Shown: positions 57,370-64,000 of the stretch, one piece after another | Position numbering within the stretch: the stretch's first letter is position 1 | How the letters are laid out: each line of letters begins with the position of its first letter | Source of the DNA: Saccharospirillaceae bacterium | GTDB lineage: Bacteria > Pseudomonadota > Gammaproteobacteria > Pseudomonadales > Oceanobacteraceae | Direction: 5' to 3' | DNA: 64,000 bases | NCBI GenBank assembly: GCA_022448365.1 | Contig: JAKVCS010000004.1 | Span: 544,458 to 608,457, forward strand | Notes under the pieces: model-generated | The model's input: only the letters and a program-made list of their open reading frames with translations | The model's database searches: none | What the model was told of the DNA's origin: nothing | Program-made: the position numbers and the translations under genes

Positions 57370-58566
57370 TTAGTTAGTTGCAATTGAAACAAACGTTATA
57401 TCTTCTGCGTCCAGAGTCAGGGTACGCGAATCCAATACAGACATATCTGTTTTCGAAAGTTTATAGAGCACTGCATCTTTATTATCTCCACCACCGATAC
57501 CTAACCAAAGGTTTCCTTCGGGACCGCTGGAGAGCAAAGTAATATTTATATTTTTATAACCATCAACCGGAGTCAGGCTGCCGTCGGCTTCAACCTTGGC
57601 CAGGCTATTATTTTTCCAGCCATGGTATATAGAAACATAAACTTCGTTGTCGTTAATAATCGTAGCAGTGAAAATTTTCCCGGTTTCTGCTGTCGCATCG
57701 TAAATGATTTCCTGCTCATAAGTTTCCATATCAATTCGCACCAGCCCACCGTCGAATTGAGTATTACCGCTGTAGACGAGTCCCTGAACATAGAGGTATT
57801 TTCCAGAAACTGCAGTGTTTTGTGGATTCTTGATTTGGAGTTCAATACCTTTAAGGCCAGACTGCCCTTTTAGGGTATCAATTTCCTGATTCGTACTGGT
57901 ATCAATGACTGCAACATAACCTGAGCGTACTGCTGCATAACCATTAGTATCATTGCCGAGACGCTGCATAACAATAAAGGCTTTATCATTATATATATGA
58001 ATGTCATCCATTTCTGGCGCCGGTGAGGCTTTATCATTAGTCGCAACATAGGCCGACAAATCAATTTCACCAGTTTTGAAGTTATTAGCGAGTGTTGCGG
58101 CAGGATTAACAATCCAGGCTGTTTTAGCGGCGTAACGGGTCAGGTACGATTTAGTATCTGAGATAAAACCGATGTCATGAACATTGGAGCTCGCAACACC
58201 ATCATTTGTATTTAACGAGTAGCCGTCGGTACCATAGAAACCGGCATTAGGATTATCGGGATCATATTTGTTAATGCTATTGATACCATCTTTTCCAACA
58301 TAGAAGAAATGATCTTTATACGACGTCAGAAAAAAGTCAGTTCTGGTATCGGCGTAAAGTCCTTCCGTAGCATCCGATAAATTGTTGGCATCAGCCACAA
58401 TAACATTTGAACCAGTACCGTATATTGCCTGCTGAATAACAGCAAAAACTTTCTCCGAAACGGGTGGCGTTGTCGGGTTCCCAGCTGTATCAACTTTATC
58501 TTCATCATCACAAGCTGTCAGAAGCAAACTGCTGCTAACGATTGCCAATGTTAAGAGTTTTTTCAT
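57370..58566 (-). CDS. Lipoprotein with beta-propeller-like repeats (BtuG-like candidate)
   Basis: MKKLLTLAIVSSSLLLTA-C lipobox, then repeated segments such as VHDIGFISDTKSYLTR and PQNTAVSGKYLYV. BtuG likeness is inferred from fold hints and context. Confidence 0.7.
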   Translation of the reverse strand: MKKLLTLAIVSSSLLLTACDDEDKVDTAGNPTTPPVSEKVFAVIQQAIYGTGSNVIVADANNLSDATEGLYADTRTDFFLTSYKDHFFYVGKDGINSINKYDPDNPNAGFYGTDGYSLNTNDGVASSNVHDIGFISDTKSYLTRYAAKTAWIVNPAATLANNFKTGEIDLSAYVATNDKASPAPEMDDIHIYNDKAFIVMQRLGNDTNGYAAVRSGYVAVIDTSTNQEIDTLKGQSGLKGIELQIKNPQNTAVSGKYLYVQGLVYSGNTQFDGGLVRIDMETYEQEIIYDATAETGKIFTATIINDNEVYVSIYHGWKNNSLAKVEADGSLTPVDGYKNINITLLSSGPEGNLWLGIGGGDNKDAVLYKLSKTDMSVLDSRTLTLDAEDITFVSIATN

Positions 58567-58571
58567 TGTGA

Positions 58572-60551
58572 TTACCATGATTGAGTGAATTTAATAAAAT
58601 AGTTTCTTCCCGGGCTTGGGAACTGCGTAAAGTCAGACACCCGGTTATTGTTTAGATTGTTTGCTTCCAGTGTCAGGCGACTACTGTTTGACCAAAGAGA
58701 CAGCGATAGACCAAGTTGAGACCGCGTTTTTATCGGCCGGAGGTTGGTAGTTTCATAAAACCCACCACTCTGGCGGAGGTAGTTCGCTGAAATATTCCAT
58801 TGGTTTGTTGCGTAAGAGATAAGATAGTTGTGATCCCAGGTACGCTGGTTTGGAACACGTTTTCCGATAAAAGATGGACGGTCATGCTTGCTGATTTTCT
58901 GGTTATGCCAACCACTGTTTCCCGACAAGGATAGGTTTTTAGTCAGATCAATACTGCCATTAAACTCAAATCCCTCATGCTCGGTCTGAGCAAGATTTTC
59001 ATAACGAATAACTCCCCGGCTGTCAGCTGAGCCGACAATAGCGTTATCCCGGGTTCTCATATATCCCGAAACAGACGCGGTCAAATGTTCATGCTGAAGC
59101 TGTAAAGACACACTTTTACTTTCAGAGCTTTCATTTTTCAAATCTGGATTACCCAGGGTCAGGCCGCGATCACCAAATAATTCTCGGGTAGCTACAGGAC
59201 GAATTTGTCTCGCATAGATTGTATCTAGGGTTAAGTATTGTCCAATGACCAGAGATATACCTGTGTCATACACCCAGTGATCGTTCTCACGGTGCTCTCT
59301 TTTATCGACGTAGCGACTGTTTTGCTTGTCTTTAAGAGCCAGATGGTTGAATTGCCCATAAACCATATTGCCGTTAGTGGATATCCAAGATAAACGAGTA
59401 CCGATGGATGATTGTTTGCGGTTATAGGCCGATGGGCAAGAACCGCCATTCAGGCAGTTACTTTTAATTACCTCTTGTGAAAAGAGATCGTTTTGTTGTT
59501 CAGTATCTTCTTGCTGGTGGGATAGAGTAGCTACAAAACCGATGTTATATGGAAGCTTATTTTTGTAGTTAAACTTGAGTAATTTTCCCTCTGTATTGTA
59601 TCTGTCTCTTTGTTGTCCTAAGCCAATAAGATCGGCTTTGTCATCATAAATCTCTTTTTGGTCATAAAATGCGGTAATGAATTTTAGTGAACGATCCCCT
59701 TGTTGATAACCAAGTTTGAAACTCATGCGAGTGTCGTCGGTCGAGAAGAATGCTTTATTATCTGGGATATTGCGTACGCCAGGCAGCTCACGCTTTTTTC
59801 TTTGTTTCTGGATGAGTAGAGAAGGTGACCAATTTTTAAGAGCACGATAATTAATTCTAAATAACCCAATACGATGGGACGCTGCATTATTTAATCGTTT
59901 TTCTTTCGTTGGTTCGTTCGGATTTTTGTAGGAGTTTATCTCTTGGATATGTGTAAAGTCATTCTCGGCTTGTAGCCAGTCCAGTGCCCCGAAGACCTGC
60001 CAGGAGTGATCCTGCCATTGTTGCCATACACCGCCAATGTGGGAGGAGAAGCTACCCGTTCCCAGGCTGGCTTCTCCGGAGCTCGATTGATCAAAATGCT
60101 CTTTTGATACCAAATGAATTGTTCCGCCGATTGCAGTCGGAGCCAGCTCGACAGGTGCGATCCCTCGATAAATATCAATAGACTTCAGCACGGAAAAACC
60201 AATACTGGGCAGTTCACCCTCTGAACTGTTGAGGTTTGTTAGGGGGATACCGTCCCAGATTATTTGCAATTGCTGACCGCTGGCACCACGAATGCTCGGA
60301 TAGACAAATTGTCCTTTACCGCCGAGATGTCGTACCTGAATACCAGCTTGACGCTCCAGAATATTCTCGATCAGCAAAGAACCATAACGGTGATCCTGCA
60401 ACTCTATGCGCTGGTGGTCTCCCGGAAAATCTGCTGGTGCAACATCGGCCAGCGAAACATCGGCAGTTGCTTCTACTTCGGGTAAAATCACTTCGTTGGC
60501 TTGAGTTGATATGGCAACCAGAATAGTGGATAGCCATACAAAGAATTTCAT
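58572..60551 (-). CDS. TonB-dependent receptor, probably cobalamin (BtuB-like)
   Basis: Signal peptide, plug (SIRGASGQQLQIIWDGIPL, IDIYRG), barrel and C-terminal PGRNYFIKFTQSW; first gene below a cobalamin riboswitch. Confidence 0.88.
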   Translation of the reverse strand: MKFFVWLSTILVAISTQANEVILPEVEATADVSLADVAPADFPGDHQRIELQDHRYGSLLIENILERQAGIQVRHLGGKGQFVYPSIRGASGQQLQIIWDGIPLTNLNSSEGELPSIGFSVLKSIDIYRGIAPVELAPTAIGGTIHLVSKEHFDQSSSGEASLGTGSFSSHIGGVWQQWQDHSWQVFGALDWLQAENDFTHIQEINSYKNPNEPTKEKRLNNAASHRIGLFRINYRALKNWSPSLLIQKQRKKRELPGVRNIPDNKAFFSTDDTRMSFKLGYQQGDRSLKFITAFYDQKEIYDDKADLIGLGQQRDRYNTEGKLLKFNYKNKLPYNIGFVATLSHQQEDTEQQNDLFSQEVIKSNCLNGGSCPSAYNRKQSSIGTRLSWISTNGNMVYGQFNHLALKDKQNSRYVDKREHRENDHWVYDTGISLVIGQYLTLDTIYARQIRPVATRELFGDRGLTLGNPDLKNESSESKSVSLQLQHEHLTASVSGYMRTRDNAIVGSADSRGVIRYENLAQTEHEGFEFNGSIDLTKNLSLSGNSGWHNQKISKHDRPSFIGKRVPNQRTWDHNYLISYATNQWNISANYLRQSGGFYETTNLRPIKTRSQLGLSLSLWSNSSRLTLEANNLNNNRVSDFTQFPSPGRNYFIKFTQSW

Positions 60552-60659
60552 CAGAGTTGTGCTCTTAATCTGAGCAGCAGTACGACAGGACAGAAGTAAT
60601 ATTTCTCCCCATCGTCGCCCACCGCAACTATTGGTCACTTTGCTAGTATTTGTTAGCAG

Positions 60660-60885
60660 TTACAGGCCGGTATCCGGGCTGACGGCTTTTATCCTGAGAT
60701 AACACTGACTGATGCCTTCCCACGACTTACTGGTATGAAAACCAGTTCAATCACAGTGGCTATGTATCAGTCAGCTAAGCCGATCACCGTTGCGGGGGCA
60801 GCGTTGGACTGTCTTAGCGGGAGCTAAGGAGGACACCAACTTCCCGTTTAACTTGATCAAAGATCAGAGCACCTGAGGGCGGGCA
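60660..60885 (-). ncRNA. Cobalamin (AdoCbl) riboswitch
   Basis: Minus strand reads CAGGTGC...TTAAACGGGAAGTTGGTG...CCAACGCTGCCCCCGCAACGGT...GCCACTG...GGGAAGG...AGCCCGGATACCGGCCTG, containing all conserved blocks. Confidence 0.95.
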
Positions 60886-60978
60886 GGATATAGTTTGTAT
60901 GATATTCGGTCAAGTTTGAGGCATTCGAATGATCTGTATATTGCTATTAAGTAATATTAGAGCGCGGCATACCCGAAG

Positions 60979-63039
60979 TTAAAGCGGCAGTTGGATTTCG
61001 AATCGTGAGCCGCTGTCTTCTTCTGTTTCTTCAATCGGTTGATAGATCAGTTTACCGTGATGGTGAGCGGTGATAATGAAGTAAGAAACGGACAAACCAA
61101 GACCAGTCCCTTCTCCAACATCTTTGGTGGTATAAAATGGCTCAAACATATGCGATGCGACTTCTGCAGGAATGCCGGGGCCATTATCTTCAACGAGGAT
61201 ACTGAGATAATCTTCCTTTATGGATGCGGAGATGCAGATATGTGCGTTAGTTGCTGTTTCTGGCGTGACTTGCGTGTGTTTGTCGATGGCCTGCTGGGCG
61301 TTTTTAATCAGGTTCAGAAGTACCTGTTCAATTTCTCCGGGAACGCAATAAATATCGGGCAGGTTAGCAGCAATGTGTTTATGCAGTTGTAATTGTTTCA
61401 GGTCGATATCTGTGGTGGCGATTGTGACGGTCGTGTCGATTAAATCGCGAACATTCACCCAGTTCTTCTGCAGATGATTATTGCGTGCGAACTGCAGCAT
61501 CGAGCGAATAATACGTGCGGCACGCTCACCGGCATCCTGAATGTTATCGAGAAGTTTATCGATTTCCCGGCCTTGTACGTAATGTTCTATTTGCTGTGGC
61601 GTCATCTCAAGTTCGTCGGCAACCCGATTATTGGCTGGCAAGTCAGCCAATAATCGTCGACGAATATTCTGCAGGTTTTGTAGCATGGCGCCCAATGGGT
61701 TGTTAATTTCGTGTGCCATACCGGCTGCAAGCCCACCAACAGACATCATTTTTTCAGTCTGTACCATGATTTCTTCCATGCGTTGACGTTGGCTGATGTC
61801 ATCAATACGTATCACGCAGTGTGCTTGTTGTTCGTTCTCCATTAAAAAAAGTTGAACATCGGCAATGATGGCTGGGGTCAGACTGCTCAGTTTTAAGCGT
61901 TCTATTTTATTTCGGTCGTTTGCAGCATAACCAGTGCTGGGTCGTGTGATCTGTGGCTGTTTTTCCAATTCGGGTATGAGCTGATAGAGCGGGCGACCAA
62001 TAAGCTGAGATGCATCCATTTGCAGCCAGGAACCTGCCTGCTGATTACACTGAACAATCCGTTGTTGTTTATCCAATGCAAAAATGGCGGATGGCATGGC
62101 ATTCAGAATACTGTCGAGCAACAGCTTGGTGTGTTGTAACTGCACCTCAATCCCGCGTCGCACAGATACTTCTCTGGCCAGGTTATCATTCATCATCCGG
62201 GTTTCATCCGATAACCGTGTTGCCCTTATGCGGGCGCTTTCGGCTTGTTGATGGGCACTTTTCAGATGCAAGTGACGTTGGTCGCGCAGCCAGAATAAAT
62301 CATTTAACGCATGGACGAGAGGTTGAATATCCGGGTCCTGTGTCTGGATACGAATGGGTTCGTCTTGAGGATTCTCATCGGCTGCAGATTTGCCTTTGTT
62401 GGAATATTTGTGAACTTCCGCCAGCAGCTGAAGGTAAGGCTGGCGCTGCCATTGTCGAATGATCAGATACAGAAGGAATACCAGCAGGGCCGAGAATGAC
62501 ACTATAAATAAGGTGGTTGTGACGGTATCCAGCAGAAAGAAATAAGGTAAAGAAACCTGACTAACAATTGCCAGGGTAAACATTTCAGGCAATTTGCCAG
62601 GGGTCTGGCGATTGATACGATACAGCGTTAGCCAGGGTTGATGATAACCGTCTGTTAATTGTGGCGGTAAACCGGGTTGATGATCGTGGTGATAGCTGTG
62701 CATCAACCGCTGATTTTGAGGGTTATACAAAGCAACTTCGCTGATTTGATAATGTTGAGTCATTCGTTCGATAACAGAACGCAGCACCAGATCATCCCGT
62801 TGTTGAGTTAACTCAATCTGAATCAGATCAGCAAATGTCTGGCTGATCTGCGGCGCCAGATGTTCACGGCCAACACGGTCTGCTGCCGCGATATAGGCAA
62901 CGGTGGTGACGGTGATGATGAGGCTGATGGCAACAATCGTCGCCAGCATGGCCTTTTGCCGCGCCAGCATCATGAGGGAGGAATCCGGTTGAAATGTCTG
63001 CCTATGAATCCTTTCATGGTGATGTTCAGATTTCCCCAA
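60979..63039 (-). CDS. Membrane PAS sensor histidine kinase (no adjacent response regulator)
   Basis: EKMMSVGGLAAGMAHEINNPL H-box, EQVLLNLIKNA N-box, EDNGPGI, FEPFYTTK and GTGLGL motifs. Confidence 0.94.
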   Translation of the reverse strand: MGKSEHHHERIHRQTFQPDSSLMMLARQKAMLATIVAISLIITVTTVAYIAAADRVGREHLAPQISQTFADLIQIELTQQRDDLVLRSVIERMTQHYQISEVALYNPQNQRLMHSYHHDHQPGLPPQLTDGYHQPWLTLYRINRQTPGKLPEMFTLAIVSQVSLPYFFLLDTVTTTLFIVSFSALLVFLLYLIIRQWQRQPYLQLLAEVHKYSNKGKSAADENPQDEPIRIQTQDPDIQPLVHALNDLFWLRDQRHLHLKSAHQQAESARIRATRLSDETRMMNDNLAREVSVRRGIEVQLQHTKLLLDSILNAMPSAIFALDKQQRIVQCNQQAGSWLQMDASQLIGRPLYQLIPELEKQPQITRPSTGYAANDRNKIERLKLSSLTPAIIADVQLFLMENEQQAHCVIRIDDISQRQRMEEIMVQTEKMMSVGGLAAGMAHEINNPLGAMLQNLQNIRRRLLADLPANNRVADELEMTPQQIEHYVQGREIDKLLDNIQDAGERAARIIRSMLQFARNNHLQKNWVNVRDLIDTTVTIATTDIDLKQLQLHKHIAANLPDIYCVPGEIEQVLLNLIKNAQQAIDKHTQVTPETATNAHICISASIKEDYLSILVEDNGPGIPAEVASHMFEPFYTTKDVGEGTGLGLSVSYFIITAHHHGKLIYQPIEETEEDSGSRFEIQLPL

Positions 63040-63913
63040 GTTGCTGCATCAGTTGGCGCGTTAGCGGTAAATCTCCTGGCTGCGCTTGCTGCAGCAGAAA
63101 GCCATTGATGTAGGCTAACTCGGTTGGCCGCTGATTCAAAACATCCTGTAACGTTGATGATTGGTTGGCTGCCGTTGCTTGCGCGACTTCAGCCGCTCGA
63201 TGTTTAAGGTCAAAAGGCAGTTGCCAGCCACAACGTTCGATAAACGTTTGTGTTTCTTGTGCCAGCTGTTCCAGTTTTTCTCGATAAGCCGGGCGTTCAA
63301 CCAGCTCTCCATTGCGGCAGCGCAAGACGGCAGTGAGCGGATTGATAACGGCATTGATTGCCAGCTTTGCCCGAATGCGTTGTTGAATGTCGCTCACTTC
63401 ATTCACTGCGGGCGGGGTTACATCAGTAGTGGTGGGCTTATGGTGGTCAAACCAGCAGCCTATCAAGGTTTCTCCGTGGCCGGCATGCACAACCTCTTTG
63501 TCTCCGCGGCGGTAAGCGCCTTCGGTGGAAATGCCTGCCCACAGCTCCGGAACCTGCTCCTGCGTCTCCAGCCAGTCGGCTACTTGTTGCTGTTGCCCCA
63601 TGCCATTTTGCAATAACAGAATGCGCTTTACTGAAATCATTGCCGGCTTCAGAGGCTCGAGTGCCGTTAAGGTATCCGACGCTTTGGTGGTGATCACCAA
63701 CCACTCCAGCGGATGTTGTTGGTGCTGATTAACTGGCCAGGCCGGCAAGTCGAGCGTGTGTTGACGGTGGTTAGTGGTGGTCAGCTGTCGATGGCAGGGG
63801 GTCTGATCACGGTTGACGCAGAATGGATCCAGATCACGCCAATGATAGGCCAACAGGGTGCCAATGGCACCCATTCCAACAATCGCGATAGAAGGGTTCG
63901 TAAATTGAGTCAT
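63026..63913 (-). CDS. panE: 2-dehydropantoate 2-reductase
   Basis: IVGMGAIG, ITTKA, LLLQNGMG, KLAINAVINPLTA, SSTLQDV and TELAYING motifs. Confidence 0.92.
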   Translation of the reverse strand: MTQFTNPSIAIVGMGAIGTLLAYHWRDLDPFCVNRDQTPCHRQLTTTNHRQHTLDLPAWPVNQHQQHPLEWLVITTKASDTLTALEPLKPAMISVKRILLLQNGMGQQQQVADWLETQEQVPELWAGISTEGAYRRGDKEVVHAGHGETLIGCWFDHHKPTTTDVTPPAVNEVSDIQQRIRAKLAINAVINPLTAVLRCRNGELVERPAYREKLEQLAQETQTFIERCGWQLPFDLKHRAAEVAQATAANQSSTLQDVLNQRPTELAYINGFLLQQAQPGDLPLTRQLMQQLGEI

Positions 63914-64000
63914 GCGCCGATTATAAGACGCGTTTTACGAATTTGAATGGGAAGGCAGCGCTTCGTTATCTTCAGCGACAATATGCTCCTGTTGATCGGC

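Noticed and set aside
1-64000. Mobile elements, prophage, tRNA/rRNA, inteins, defence systems
   Set aside because: No transposase, integrase or phage ORFs or tRNA-like folds were recognised, and DnaE2 has normal length with no intein motifs.

Overview
Chromosomal window from a marine-type Gammaproteobacterium (probably Oceanospirillales; taxon is inferred from gene content). I found no CRISPR array, rRNA, tRNA, transposase or prophage gene. From left to right: (1) the end of an exopolysaccharide locus (Wzc-type kinase C-terminus, VpsP-like gene), a LysR regulator and a TonB-dependent receptor. (2) A ~23 kb light/photo-oxidative-stress region (4.4-27 kb). It holds a tightly coupled operon of DUF523-DUF1722, a MerR/LitR-type regulator, CPD photolyase, desaturase, SnoaL, SDR, the UfaD/UfaO/UfaM-like furan-fatty-acid genes and DUF2878. 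It also holds a renalase plus small CbiX-type chelatase unit, an acyl-CoA dehydrogenase plus TIGR01777 unit, and a second operon with three more photolyase/cryptochrome classes. Three promoters in this region share TnnACA repeats matching the CarH/LitR operator pattern. (3) Two GGDEF-EAL proteins, a GMC oxidoreductase and an imuA-imuB-dnaE2 cassette with tandem SOS boxes. (4) cobO, aceE-aceF and a chemoreceptor. (5) A cobalamin-riboswitch-led ~14 kb run: BtuB-like receptor, surface lipoprotein, PduO-type adenosyltransferase, cobB, a Co/Ni transporter and the early-insertion corrin pathway, ending in a CbiX with a 12-bp His-rich tandem repeat. (6) An orphan sensor kinase and panE. The best leads are the shared operator grammar of the light regulon, its B12-site-degenerate regulator with no partner sensor in view, a chelatase inside that regulon, and a GC-content step inside the B12 receptor gene.
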